From positions 24,022 to 88,021 of the forward strand of contig NJBH01000016.1 of NCBI GenBank assembly GCA_005223125.1: DNA of 64,000 nt, in the 5' to 3' direction. Origin of the DNA: Promethearchaeota archaeon Loki_b32. Its GTDB lineage: Archaea; Asgardarchaeota; Lokiarchaeia; Sigyniarchaeales; SOKP01. Position 1 is the first letter of the stretch. Every line of letters starts with the position of its first letter. The position numbers were made by a program, and so were the translations under genes. Of this stretch, positions 9,811 through 20,299 are shown piece by piece. The notes beneath the pieces were generated by a model, which saw only the letters and a list, made by a program, of their open reading frames with translations, searched no databases and had not been told where the DNA came from.

Positions 9811-11694
9811 TTAAAATAATAAGGGAGAGATTTCTTCAGAATTTGACTTATTTTTTAAATTTATTACAAGTTTTCTTTGATTATTAAGTATATTCCAGAA
9901 AAATTCTGGAACCCCCTTTTCTTTTTTATACATAGCTTCAATACGATCTAATTTTTCTAATATTTTTTTAGGTCTTATAGAAAATTGTTCAATGTAATGC
10001 TCTTCTTTATAATTTTTTTCAAGGTATTGTTTAAACAGTGTTTTTAAATCTAAATATTTAGGTATATAGCCAATGGGCGTTTTTATAGCATTAAAGTCAT
10101 TATGAACTCGACCTTCTGCCCAGATTACCCAACATAATTTATCTAAAATACCATTTAAATATTTTCCTTCTTTATTTTTAAGAAAATAATTAGTAGCAAA
10201 TACTTTTGGACAATGTTCTAACCTGTTGCCAAAGACTCGGTGATTTTTGATATATTTTCCCAAACTAACAACCATAAAGTCTAGATTGGCCATAGGCTGC
10301 TTCATCCTTACTCCCTCCGCACCTAACGTAGCAGAAGTAGTTTCTGATTCGATTGAGGCACCCAAGAAAACTCCATGTTCCCAATCAAGACTTTCAATTA
10401 CTGGGGGCATTGTATCACTATCGCGCCCTCCATAAAAAATGCCATGTACTGGTACTCCATCTGGTTTATGGAGATTAGGATCAGCATTATTCAATTCTTC
10501 AATACGAATTGTATAGCGAGCATTTGGATGTGCTTGAGGTATTTCTCTCCCATTTTTATCTTTCTTTCCTTTACTCCAATTACCCGAAAAATTTAATCCC
10601 TCATCTGGGGTTGCTCTTCCATCTCCAATCCAATAAGGATTTCCATCTTTAACTAGCACATTAGAAAAAATAGTTTCACGAGGAGTTGTGAGGGCATCAA
10701 ATATAACAGGGTCATCTTTAGCATTTACATCCTTAATTATTCCGAAAATACCTCTCTCAATGTTTACCGAATGAGCATATCCATCCTCCCACTCCCGAAG
10801 ATAAGCGATATCATCTCCAACTACAGTTTGTCCGGGTAACATAGCAGTGCTGGTTTTACCGCACGCAGAGGGAAAGGCACCACAAAAAAATGAAGTTCTT
10901 TTTTTCCCTTTTGGATGAACACCCATTATAAAATAATGCTCTGTTAACCAATCTTCATTATTAGCTTTATAAATTGCTAATCTTAACGCAAGTTTTTTTA
11001 ATCCAAGTGAATTTCCTGCATATTGATTATTTACTGAGAGTACACGTCCTTCTTTTAAGTCAATATAGATTCTCCTTTTATCGAGATTTTTTGTAACTGG
11101 TGGCATACCAGTTAATTCTCCAGAAGAATGTATAAAATAGAAGAAATCATCGGATCCGTTGAGTTTCTTGAATTCTTCATAGCCTGCTCTATAAAGAAGA
11201 TCTTCTGAATGGGCAACGTAAAAAGAATCTGTTAATTGAAGTGCAAGAATTGAAAATTTGGAGTTTTTTGGGCCTAAGCAAAAAAACCTTATTACACATT
11301 CATGGCCTTTCATACATCCCTCCATAATGTGCATTATTTCTTTTAAGCCCTTTTCTCTTTCCATTGTGTTTATCCAAGGATAAGAATCTTCTTCTCCTTT
11401 AGTGACTAGCACTTGAGTATTTCCTTTATCCCTTGCTTGATCATGATTATTCATTGTGAAGAACCCATCATAATGTACAGTATGCCCTTTTAGATTTAGT
11501 TTTATTTCTTCACCAAGCCCAATAGCTCTGTTTCTTACGTAATCGATATCTTCTTTTGAATCTGTTATAACTATGACCTTAGAAGGTTTACATAAGGTAA
11601 CAAACTCATTTACAATTTTTAAGACTTGTTTGTTACTTAGAGCTTCTAATTTTTCAAGATTAACTTTATCGATAATAACGTCCAATTTAATCAA
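9811..11694 (-). CDS. pckG: GTP-dependent phosphoenolpyruvate carboxykinase
   Basis: YAGNSLGLKK, WLTEH, AFPSACGKT, VGDDIAY, AHPNARY motifs. Confidence 0.95.
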   Translation of the reverse strand: MIKLDVIIDKVNLEKLEALSNKQVLKIVNEFVTLCKPSKVIVITDSKEDIDYVRNRAIGLGEEIKLNLKGHTVHYDGFFTMNNHDQARDKGNTQVLVTKGEEDSYPWINTMEREKGLKEIMHIMEGCMKGHECVIRFFCLGPKNSKFSILALQLTDSFYVAHSEDLLYRAGYEEFKKLNGSDDFFYFIHSSGELTGMPPVTKNLDKRRIYIDLKEGRVLSVNNQYAGNSLGLKKLALRLAIYKANNEDWLTEHYFIMGVHPKGKKRTSFFCGAFPSACGKTSTAMLPGQTVVGDDIAYLREWEDGYAHSVNIERGIFGIIKDVNAKDDPVIFDALTTPRETIFSNVLVKDGNPYWIGDGRATPDEGLNFSGNWSKGKKDKNGREIPQAHPNARYTIRIEELNNADPNLHKPDGVPVHGIFYGGRDSDTMPPVIESLDWEHGVFLGASIESETTSATLGAEGVRMKQPMANLDFMVVSLGKYIKNHRVFGNRLEHCPKVFATNYFLKNKEGKYLNGILDKLCWVIWAEGRVHNDFNAIKTPIGYIPKYLDLKTLFKQYLEKNYKEEHYIEQFSIRPKKILEKLDRIEAMYKKEKGVPEFFWNILNNQRKLVINLKNKSNSEEISPLLF

Positions 11695-11922
11695 TTTTTA
11701 TTATAGAATCATTTAATAATGATATTAAGGGTGTTACAAGAAAATTTTTGAACTTTTTTAATTTTACTTTTTTTATTCTTTCAGATCTTTAAGTCGATAT
11801 TACCAAGTTGAGAAGAATTAAGCATGGGATCTTCATAAAACATGAATAAAACTCATTAAAATATATTAAAAAAAAGAAATAAAAAAGAATTGTATTTAAC
11901 TATTATAATCAGTAGCTAAGGA

Positions 11923-13500
11923 TTATCTACTACCTTTCGCGCTTATGATTCTATCTACTCTTAGGATAAGATTAGCTAATTCACTTCCAGATTTTATGAT
12001 GTGATTGATTAATTCGGCAGGTTCAACGATTCCCTTTTTAAAATTATCCCCAATTGCATTTGTTATAGTGTCTATTCCAATCCATTTATCATCAGCAGTT
12101 TTATGTGCTGCCCTCAATTCAGTTAACATTTCGATTTCTTCTAATCCTGCATTCCTTATTAAAGTTTTAGGGATCTCTTCAAGTGCTAAGGCGAATGCGT
12201 TTACAGCAAGTTGTTCTTTTCCACCAATTTCATTTGCATATGCACGAATTCTTTTAGCAAGTTCAATGTAAATTGCTCCTCCTCCAGCAACAACAGTTTT
12301 AGTATCTATTACTTTAGCAATCACAGATAATACATCATTTAAAGAGACTTCAGCAGTACTAAGAATTTTATCAAGACCACCTTTGAGTAAAATAGAAACA
12401 GATTTAGGATTTTTACATCCTGAAAATAACGTATATTCATCGTCACCCAGTTTTTCAAAATGTACTTTTTCAGCAAAACCTAAATCTTCCTCTGAAAGTG
12501 ATTTTAAATCATCTACAAGATTAGCACTTACAGCTTTTAAAATTGATTTATAATCGCTCTCACCTACATTTTTAATACCTGCTATTCCTTCTTTTGCTAA
12601 GTAACCACCAAATTTATCAGAGATATCACTACTGTTTACAATAACATTTACTCCCAAATCTTTAAAAATTTTCAAGTAATCCCGCAGAATTTTCTCTTCT
12701 TGATCTAAGAATTTCTGGATTTCAGATGGGCTAGAAATTCGAACTTGAGCGTCAAATTCAGTTTTCTTTACATCTAATTTTCTTCTAATAACTGCGATTT
12801 TTGCGTCTTTTATTAATTCAGGCATCATTGCATTAACTTTATCTTTTTGTGTATATACTCCATTGATTAATTCTGAATCTTTAAGTGATTTCCCTGGAGA
12901 CTTGACAATCTTCACATTACTAACTCTAGCAAATGTTTTTCCATCTTCTTCTGCTATTTGTTTGATAGCATTAAGAGCTAAATTTGAGAAAAAATCCTTT
13001 AATGGAGCAATGTCTTTAGCATTCATTGCGGTTTTAGCCACGTTTTTTAGAATCTCATCATCTTCACTTGAAATTTTTGCTGCAATTTCTTTTATAATTT
13101 CAAGAGCTTTATCTGCTGCTAATTTGTATCCATGCATTACAGGTTTGGGATGGATACTTTGCTCAATTAATTCTAAAGCGTTATTTAATAAAGCAGCTGA
13201 AAAAATTACTGCAGAAGTTGTTCCATCACCAATATCTTCATCAATAGATTTAGCTACATTTACCATCATGTTTGCAGCAATATTTTCAATGTCCAAATTA
13301 TTGAGGATCTCTGCTCCATCATTGGTAATAGTAACATCTCCTAATGAATCAACAAGCATTTTAGACATTCCTTTAGGACCCAGAGTGGAACGAACAGTTT
13401 CAGCAATAGCGACCATTGCTGTAATATTCTGCTTTCGCGCTTCTCTTTCCCTAACTTCCTCTGTTCCTTCTTTAAGTATTATAATCGGTACATTTGACAT
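11923..13500 (-). CDS. Group II chaperonin (thermosome/CCT-like) subunit
   Basis: TLGPKGMSKMLVD, ITNDGA, GDGTTS, AGGGA, LILRVD. Confidence 0.95.
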   Translation of the reverse strand: MSNVPIIILKEGTEEVREREARKQNITAMVAIAETVRSTLGPKGMSKMLVDSLGDVTITNDGAEILNNLDIENIAANMMVNVAKSIDEDIGDGTTSAVIFSAALLNNALELIEQSIHPKPVMHGYKLAADKALEIIKEIAAKISSEDDEILKNVAKTAMNAKDIAPLKDFFSNLALNAIKQIAEEDGKTFARVSNVKIVKSPGKSLKDSELINGVYTQKDKVNAMMPELIKDAKIAVIRRKLDVKKTEFDAQVRISSPSEIQKFLDQEEKILRDYLKIFKDLGVNVIVNSSDISDKFGGYLAKEGIAGIKNVGESDYKSILKAVSANLVDDLKSLSEEDLGFAEKVHFEKLGDDEYTLFSGCKNPKSVSILLKGGLDKILSTAEVSLNDVLSVIAKVIDTKTVVAGGGAIYIELAKRIRAYANEIGGKEQLAVNAFALALEEIPKTLIRNAGLEEIEMLTELRAAHKTADDKWIGIDTITNAIGDNFKKGIVEPAELINHIIKSGSELANLILRVDRIISAKGSR

Positions 13501-13608
13501 AGTATGACACTTTTTTTTGAAAATTTATTTATATAGATCTCTAAATCATAATTTCCTAAAAAATTTTCCGATAAACAGTTATACCAAATTATTAAAAAAT
13601 TAAACTTT

Positions 13609-14070
13609 TTAAATTTCTACAAAAGAAGAGTTTTTGTATTCCTTTAGAATCATATTAGAATTAGTTCTTGTAATATACTCTTTCTGATTTAAATATCGGA
13701 TGAATTTATGGACATCCTCACTCTCTTTAAAACGACAAATTAATGCTGCCGATTGATCACCCGTTGTATGGAAAACGGAGCACACTTCTGGGATATCTTT
13801 GATATCATTAAGGATCTCTTCAGTAAATTTACCATCGCAATTGATCCGTATAAGAAATGTCAATTTATATCCTAATTTCTCATTGTTTAGCTTCAATGTA
13901 TAGCCCTCAATGACCCCATTCTTTTTTAACTTTGAAATCCTATTATGAATTGTCCCAATTGAGATTCCTAATTTATTCTGGATCTCTCTATATGATTTTC
14001 TCGCATCAACTTGCAATATTCTAAGGATATTTCGATCGATTTCATCGAGGACTTTCTCTTTCTTCATCAA
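13609..14070 (-). CDS. Lrp/AsnC family transcriptional regulator
   Basis: LDEIDRNILRILQVDARKSYREI HTH plus AsnC-type C-terminal domain. Confidence 0.92.
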   Translation of the reverse strand: MMKKEKVLDEIDRNILRILQVDARKSYREIQNKLGISIGTIHNRISKLKKNGVIEGYTLKLNNEKLGYKLTFLIRINCDGKFTEEILNDIKDIPEVCSVFHTTGDQSAALICRFKESEDVHKFIRYLNQKEYITRTNSNMILKEYKNSSFVEI

Positions 14071-14240
14071 GAATCAACCTAAATATAATTATGATTAGAA
14101 TGATCAATATATTTTATTGTGAGAAATATATAAAAGTTTAGAAAAATCTGATTTTCATTGAAAATTTTTTAATAATAATTTTTAAAACTTTTAAAACATT
14201 ATTTTTAAGATCAATAGATATGAAGTGAGTAAAGAAAAGC

Positions 14241-15344
14241 ATGGTTGACAACGACTTTAAAATAGACCCTTGGGGTGGCTCAGCTCTTCAAGATGAAGAT
14301 TATACTAGGTTAATTAGAAAATTTGGAATCGAGGAAATAACAGACACATTGCGCCTTAAAATGGAGGAGAATCGTTTTATTCGGAGGAAAATTATTTTTG
14401 GGCATCGAGATTTAGGTCTTATTTTCAAAGCTATAGAAAAAGGTCAACCATGGGCAGTGATGAGTGGAATTAAGCCTTCTGGACCATTTCACTTAGGAAC
14501 ATCAACTACAGCCTTAGAGATTGTGGAATTTCAAAAAATGGGCGGAAAGGCATATTATGGAATAGCAGATATTGAAAGTTGGGAAGATAATGGCATTCCA
14601 TGGGAGGAAGCAGAAGAAACCTCCGTTGATAATCTGGCAGATATACTAACACTCGGTTTGGATCCCTCTCCAGAAAAGGCCTATATTTGGAGGCAATCAA
14701 AAGAACCTCATGTTAAGGATATTTGTTTTAAGGTGAGTAGATTAGTTACGCAGAATATGCTTAACGCTATTTATGGTGAGCGAACATTCGGACTTTATAT
14801 CTCATCATTAATTCAAATTGGTGATATTATTTTACCCCAAGTGCTAGAAGGCCCACAACCAACCCTTGTACCAGTAGGAATTGATCAAGATCCTCATTTA
14901 CGTCTTACTAGAGATTTAACTCGTAGGAATTATAAGAATTTTTTCTTACCAGGTGCTACTTATCATTATTTATTAGCGGGAATTGATGGTTCAGAAAAAA
15001 TGGCTAAAAGGCATCCAAACAGTTACTTTACATTTAATGAATCGCTAGAATCAATTGAAAAGAAGGTTAAAGGAGCACTTACAGGTGGCAGAAAAAATCT
15101 AAAGGAACAGAAGGAATTAGGTGGTGAGCCACAGAAGTGTATGATTTATAAAATGCTTATGTATCATTTTGAAGAAGATGATGAAAAATTAGCGAAAGAT
15201 TTTGAGATGTGTATTAAAGGAGAATTAATGTGCGGAGATCATAAGCGTGAGTGTGTTGAGAAAGTGTTAAGATTCATAAAAGACCATCAAGAGAAAAAAG
15301 AGAAACTAATAGACAAAGCTCGAAGTCTTCTCAATATAGATTAA
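14241..15344 (+). CDS. trpS: Tryptophanyl-tRNA synthetase (archaeal type)
   Basis: IDPW, GHRD, PSGPFHLG (HIGH-like), PVGIDQDPH, KMAKR (KMSKS-like), TGGR, CGDHK. Confidence 0.92.
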   Translation: MVDNDFKIDPWGGSALQDEDYTRLIRKFGIEEITDTLRLKMEENRFIRRKIIFGHRDLGLIFKAIEKGQPWAVMSGIKPSGPFHLGTSTTALEIVEFQKMGGKAYYGIADIESWEDNGIPWEEAEETSVDNLADILTLGLDPSPEKAYIWRQSKEPHVKDICFKVSRLVTQNMLNAIYGERTFGLYISSLIQIGDIILPQVLEGPQPTLVPVGIDQDPHLRLTRDLTRRNYKNFFLPGATYHYLLAGIDGSEKMAKRHPNSYFTFNESLESIEKKVKGALTGGRKNLKEQKELGGEPQKCMIYKMLMYHFEEDDEKLAKDFEMCIKGELMCGDHKRECVEKVLRFIKDHQEKKEKLIDKARSLLNID

Positions 15345-15369
15345 AACTATTTATTCCCTTTAACTTGGT

Positions 15370-16302
15370 TTAAATTATTTGTTCTAAAATCTTTAATAAA
15401 TCATCAAGAAATTCAGGAAATCTTTCAAAGAAAATGATTTTTTGTTCGTCCTTAAGTACTGCTGATACGAAAAACATATCAGTCTTTACTTTTATTCTAA
15501 GTAAGTAAGAAAAAAGTATACCTTCAGTTGAAGTAAAATCAAAATTCCCTTCAATCTTTTCTTCATCCATCCTTTTAAGTAAAAAGAGATGTTCTTTCAT
15601 TGATTCTATCAACGCAACATACACCTCTGGCTCGATATCGCTGTAATATTCAGAAATAATTATCCCATTACGATCAAATACGATTAGAGCTTGACAATTA
15701 AAAATTTCTAAATAGTATTCTAATAATTCTGAAAGTTCAAAAAATTTCTTATCAAACACAGAAAGACCGTATGAAACTAACTGGATGATTGAAATGATGT
15801 CATAAATTGAGGTTTGTTGAAATAAAATATTGAAGTCAGGATATTTATTTAAAATCTTTTCTCTTAATGATTCTATATTTTCTAAAATTACATTATCATT
15901 CCTTAAATCAGGGTCGTATTTATGAAAAGTTATTATTATCGGAACTGCCATTTCACTTTCCGAGAAAAATGTTAAAATCGCATTCAAGTATTCCAGTGAG
16001 GTATTAAATCTTTCTGGATCTTGAATATCTATTACATAGATAAGTAAATCAGTAGAATCAAAATATACATCCTGATAATTAACGTAAACCTCTCGATATG
16101 TTTCCTGACCACCCATATCCCAGAATATAGTGTTACTTCTTAGAAAGTTCATCTTATGATATTCTACTCTAATGGTTGGTTTTAGTTGGACAACATCTTT
16201 TTCAAAATCATATTTCTTGTCTAAAGCTGTTAAGATCGAGGTTTTGCCCGCTGCATCTAATCCGGAAATTATAATTTTTAGAAAATTCTCCATTAAATTC
16301 AA
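15370..16302 (-). CDS. Rag/Arf-like small GTPase with C-terminal roadblock/longin-like domain
   Basis: GLDAAGKTS, PT (G2), WDMGGQ, HKYD, TSIYD; C-terminal ALIVFDRNGIIISEY is roadblock/longin-like. Confidence 0.85.
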   Translation of the reverse strand: MNLMENFLKIIISGLDAAGKTSILTALDKKYDFEKDVVQLKPTIRVEYHKMNFLRSNTIFWDMGGQETYREVYVNYQDVYFDSTDLLIYVIDIQDPERFNTSLEYLNAILTFFSESEMAVPIIITFHKYDPDLRNDNVILENIESLREKILNKYPDFNILFQQTSIYDIISIIQLVSYGLSVFDKKFFELSELLEYYLEIFNCQALIVFDRNGIIISEYYSDIEPEVYVALIESMKEHLFLLKRMDEEKIEGNFDFTSTEGILFSYLLRIKVKTDMFFVSAVLKDEQKIIFFERFPEFLDDLLKILEQII

Positions 16303-16602
16303 CTCACACTTGTTAAAGGTATTTTTAAGAGTTTAATAAAATAATAGATTCATATCAATTTAAATTTCTGTGAAAGCACAATGGAGTTTTTTAATCTTAA
16401 CCTTGAAGTCCTATGGTATTTTGTTTGTTATAATATCGAGAAAATATCTAAATAATATTCTTATGTTTATAATTTGAAATTCTTAAGAGAAACTACTAAA
16501 AGAATAGTGATATTAGAGTAATTTCGATGACATATATATGATATTTATATTATTAAAAGCGGTTAATCTGATTTTACTCAATGATTTAATTTATAAAAGA
16601 GG

Positions 16603-16842
16603 ATGATGTATTTGACAGAAGTAGAAAATAATTTTTTAGAAAATTTAGAATACCAAATTAGTCTAAAAGTAGAAAGTTATAAAACATTCAAAAGGATTCC
16701 CGTATTTACTGACCAAGTTATGCAATTCGATAAATCAGTGGTAAATCTTACAGAAAAATTTGAGAAAATTCGTTTGCGAGATAAATATCATATTATAATT
16801 ACAGAATTGGATAATTTGATAAAAAATTCGAAATCAAAATAA
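16603..16842 (+). CDS. Hypothetical protein
   Basis: 79-aa ORF in an intergenic gap with AGAGG upstream; no recognised motif. Confidence 0.55.
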   Translation: MMYLTEVENNFLENLEYQISLKVESYKTFKRIPVFTDQVMQFDKSVVNLTEKFEKIRLRDKYHIIITELDNLIKNSKSK

Positions 16843-16879
16843 AATTCCATTTATTTTTTTTTTAAAACACGGATATTAT

Positions 16880-17308
16880 TCAATCGCCTACTATCATACA
16901 ATATATTTTTCTGGATCTCCCTTTTTCGTCACTTTCGACAAAGATAATTTGCTGCCAGGTTCCCAAAATCAATTTTTGATTTTTAAATGGAAATACTTGA
17001 GATGTTTTAATTAAAAAACTCCTTAAATGTCCTGCTCCGTTATAATCATGCCAAGTTTTATGATGAGCATAATTCTGATCATAGGGTATCAATTTTTCCA
17101 ATAATTCTAAGATATCTTTTTTCACTAAGCCTGGTTCATATTCAACAGTAGATATTGCACCCGTAGATCCAGCTACATGGACATTTACAATTCCATCGTT
17201 TATACCACTACTGTTAATGCATTGCTGAACTTGTTCAGTAATATTAATAACATCACAATAGGCTTTTGTTCTTAGTTCAAATGTTTTTAATACAGTGGTC
17301 ATTTTCAC
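16880..17308 (-). CDS. YjbQ/UPF0047 family protein
   Basis: INITEQV, GSTGAISTVE, HH..NGAGHLRS, LILGTWQQI. Confidence 0.9.
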   Translation of the reverse strand: MKMTTVLKTFELRTKAYCDVINITEQVQQCINSSGINDGIVNVHVAGSTGAISTVEYEPGLVKKDILELLEKLIPYDQNYAHHKTWHDYNGAGHLRSFLIKTSQVFPFKNQKLILGTWQQIIFVESDEKGRSRKIYCMIVGD

Positions 17309-18348
17309 TTTTTAATTTTTTCACACATATTAATATTTTTTATTTGTTTTAACACAGATTTTGGGAGATTATTCTCATTACCTTGTTTTAAGGCAAGTAT
17401 TTTGGTTAAAATAAGAAGTTCAATTTGATCAAATCCATTGATATTAGTCCATCCAGTTGATTCTCCTGCTTCAATACATAGGAAAAAAGGTGCTTTCTTC
17501 ACTTTCAAACATTTTTCGTCCTTGCATTTTTCACATATTTTGGGAAAATAATATACATTACCATTTTTTAGATATATTGAAAATGTTCCAAAATTTTTAT
17601 TTTTAATTTTAAGCCAATTAGCAGATTCAAAATGAACATCTAATTTTAAATTCAAAATGTAATCTACGAGAAGTTCGGTATTTATTTGCTGAATAATTTT
17701 AGTATTACGAGTTTCGGGTTCATAATAATCGTTACAATCATCAGAAACATCAGAATGAACGAATAAAAAATTTAAAGGAATGAAATCAATGATATAAGAA
17801 TTATCTAATTCTTTGTATTTATCTTTTTTTAGGAAAGTTGAACAGATTTGATCTAATATATCTGTAGGTTCAAATATTTCATTAATTTGAATATTGTTTG
17901 ATTTAATTATTGAATTAAAATCTTCATTTTTAAAATGTCTATATATAATTTCCTCTTTAGTAAATTGCTCAAGGATGATGCAGAATACTAGAGCAACGGA
18001 GGGCAACCGCGCTTGGATTTCATTAAAATAATGAATAATTTGATCTACTTTTGTTTCGGATATAAGTATTATTATCGCTTCAGCTCCATTGTAGAAAATC
18101 GTGCGTAAATAAGCTCTTTGTTGCCTACAATCAATATTCCATAAAAGAAATTCAAATTTTTCATTTTTTTTAAATGAAAAATCAATTTTACTTATATTAA
18201 CACCTATATTTCGCTTGTTCTCGATAGGTAAGGCATTTGAACTCAATTCTTTTTGAAACTCGTCTTTATAGTCTTCAACTCCACCTAAAACACAAATTTT
18301 TTTTTTTAACACATAATTTTCTTGAAGAGGAGATTCTAAAGAGCTCAT
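17305..18348 (-). CDS. Degenerate Rab/Roc-like GTPase-fold protein with Cys-rich C-terminal domain
   Basis: KKICVLGG, IGVNISKIDF, FLLWNIDC..LRTIFYNGAEAIII follow the Rab layout, but GKT and DxxG are absent; CEKCKDEKC in the tail. Confidence 0.65.
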   Translation of the reverse strand: MSSLESPLQENYVLKKKICVLGGVEDYKDEFQKELSSNALPIENKRNIGVNISKIDFSFKKNEKFEFLLWNIDCRQQRAYLRTIFYNGAEAIIILISETKVDQIIHYFNEIQARLPSVALVFCIILEQFTKEEIIYRHFKNEDFNSIIKSNNIQINEIFEPTDILDQICSTFLKKDKYKELDNSYIIDFIPLNFLFVHSDVSDDCNDYYEPETRNTKIIQQINTELLVDYILNLKLDVHFESANWLKIKNKNFGTFSIYLKNGNVYYFPKICEKCKDEKCLKVKKAPFFLCIEAGESTGWTNINGFDQIELLILTKILALKQGNENNLPKSVLKQIKNINMCEKIKK

Positions 18349-18494
18349 TTTGCCATCCTTTAAATTTTAAAGAATATAGGCTAATTCTATTTAATAATAA
18401 ATTTATTTATGAATTTTAATTTAACTATCTAGATCTTAACTATATGAACTTTTTGAAATATTACTTTTAATAATTAAAAATTAATGAATCAACC

Positions 18495-18920
18495 ATGAGT
18501 GCTAAAAGAATCGATGAGTTCTTGAAGAAAATCCATAATCCAAAAAATAAAATTCCAGAGTATGCAACAATAATCGTTCGTCCTGGCAGAAAACTTCTTG
18601 ACTTCAAGATAAAAAAGGAAAATGCAAATATTCTGAAAGTAATTGCTCATGAAGAAAAGACTTCTGGATGGTTCCTACATTCTGTTCATATTCCTTTAAA
18701 GAATTTGGGATTATCGTATAATTCCAAAGACAAGGAAATATTAGAGATTCTATCTGAACCAAACAAGATCACAGGTAGTAAACCTACTAAAGAGTATATT
18801 GAGGATATTTTAAGAAAATACCTAGATATTTTGCCCGAAAAGAAGAAACATTTTTTTAAAACTGAAAGATATAAGAAAAAGAAAGAATATAGAACTGGGG
18901 CTCAATTGAAAGGGTTTTAA
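18495..18920 (+). CDS. Hypothetical basic protein
   Basis: 141-aa ORF that fills the gap; no recognised motif. Confidence 0.7.
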   Translation: MSAKRIDEFLKKIHNPKNKIPEYATIIVRPGRKLLDFKIKKENANILKVIAHEEKTSGWFLHSVHIPLKNLGLSYNSKDKEILEILSEPNKITGSKPTKEYIEDILRKYLDILPEKKKHFFKTERYKKKKEYRTGAQLKGF

Positions 18921-19253
18921 TTATTTTATTTTTGATCCAGGGGGAATTGGCTTTTTCTCATCAATTTTTAATAAATATGGTTCATTATTGAGATCGGCAG
19001 CAAGAAGCATACCCTGACTTTCAATTCCCATAAATTTACGTGGTTTTAAGTTAGTTAAGACAATGATCTTCTCATTAATCAATTCTTCTGGTGAGTAAAA
19101 GTGAGCTATTCCTGTAACAATTTGTCTTAAGTTTTTTTCTCCACAATCCACCATTAATTTATAGAGATTCTTTGATTTAGGTATTTTATAACAACTTTTT
19201 ACTAACCCAACACGTATGTCTAATTTTAAAAAATCTTTATAGTTAATCTCCAA
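18921..19253 (-). CDS. tRNA-binding OB-fold protein (Trbp111/CsaA/MetRS C-terminal-like)
   Basis: DFLKLDIRVG, RQIVTGI, NLKPRKFMGIESQGMLLAA. Confidence 0.92.
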   Translation of the reverse strand: MEINYKDFLKLDIRVGLVKSCYKIPKSKNLYKLMVDCGEKNLRQIVTGIAHFYSPEELINEKIIVLTNLKPRKFMGIESQGMLLAADLNNEPYLLKIDEKKPIPPGSKIK

Positions 19254-19260
19254 AAATCCT

Positions 19261-20127
19261 TCACCCTCTCAATGGCATGTTATCTAAACTGATAAATTCA
19301 TTTACTTTAGGTTTTCTTTCACGATATGGATTTTCAATATTATCCAATTTTCTACCAAAAGTTAGATACCCCGTGTGTCCAATCATTCTTACTTCTGGAC
19401 GTGTAGCATTTTCTTTTACTTGTATTCTTCTTTTTATTAACTCATATGTATTAACCTCTATAAATCCGTTGATTTTCATTGCTGAAACTGTTTTTTTAAC
19501 TTGCTCAATAGTAGGGGAAAAGGATCCAAGTGTACCACTGAATTTTAAATAGTTTAATACTTTTTTAATAGCATTCCAGGGAGTCGCCATATCTAAAACA
19601 ACCGCATCTACATTTTCTAGCTTAAGATCATCATTTAAAATATCTCCATATTGAATTGAAACAAAATCATCTAATTTTGCTCTTTTAACATTTAATTTGG
19701 CTCTTTTAAGCGATTTTTCCCGAATATCATATGAGTAAATGTGCCCCTTTGGGCGTACAAAATTTCCTAAAATGCATGTTAAAGCCCCAGAACCACATCC
19801 TGCTTCAATAACTATGCTGCCTGGTCCAATCCCAGTATAAAGTAAAATTAATCCCGCATCTTCGGGATATATGATTTGAGTTTTTCGTGTCATATGAAGA
19901 ATGTAATCAGATGGTAAAGGTTTTAATACATAAAATTTATACCCTTGAGTTTCAAAAGGTCTTGAAAATAAAACTGAGCCAAATTTCTTTCCAATTACAT
20001 CATCAAACTCAATAATTCCTTTATGGGTATGAAAATTACCACCGGATTTCACTTGAACGAGCCACCTTCTCTTTTCATCAAGAATCAAAAAGATTAAATC
20101 ATTTTCTTTAATTATATGAGTGCTCAT
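19261..20127 (-). CDS. trmI: tRNA m1A57/58 methyltransferase
   Basis: FHTHKG, RKTQIIYPED, EAGCGSGALT, LDMATPW, FSPTIEQV, MIGHTGYL. Confidence 0.93.
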   Translation of the reverse strand: MSTHIIKENDLIFLILDEKRRWLVQVKSGGNFHTHKGIIEFDDVIGKKFGSVLFSRPFETQGYKFYVLKPLPSDYILHMTRKTQIIYPEDAGLILLYTGIGPGSIVIEAGCGSGALTCILGNFVRPKGHIYSYDIREKSLKRAKLNVKRAKLDDFVSIQYGDILNDDLKLENVDAVVLDMATPWNAIKKVLNYLKFSGTLGSFSPTIEQVKKTVSAMKINGFIEVNTYELIKRRIQVKENATRPEVRMIGHTGYLTFGRKLDNIENPYRERKPKVNEFISLDNMPLRG

Positions 20128-20299
20128 TTTAACTGTTATCTTTTTTAATATCTGAAGTATCTAAATCTTTAATTCTTTATAAGAAAACTTCCTTTTATTA
20201 TTCATTTATTTACAAAAAATATATAAAAAATCTATAACTCCCAAATATATTAAACTTATAAAAACGCTTTTTTATAAAGACTCTTTAATGAAATAATTT

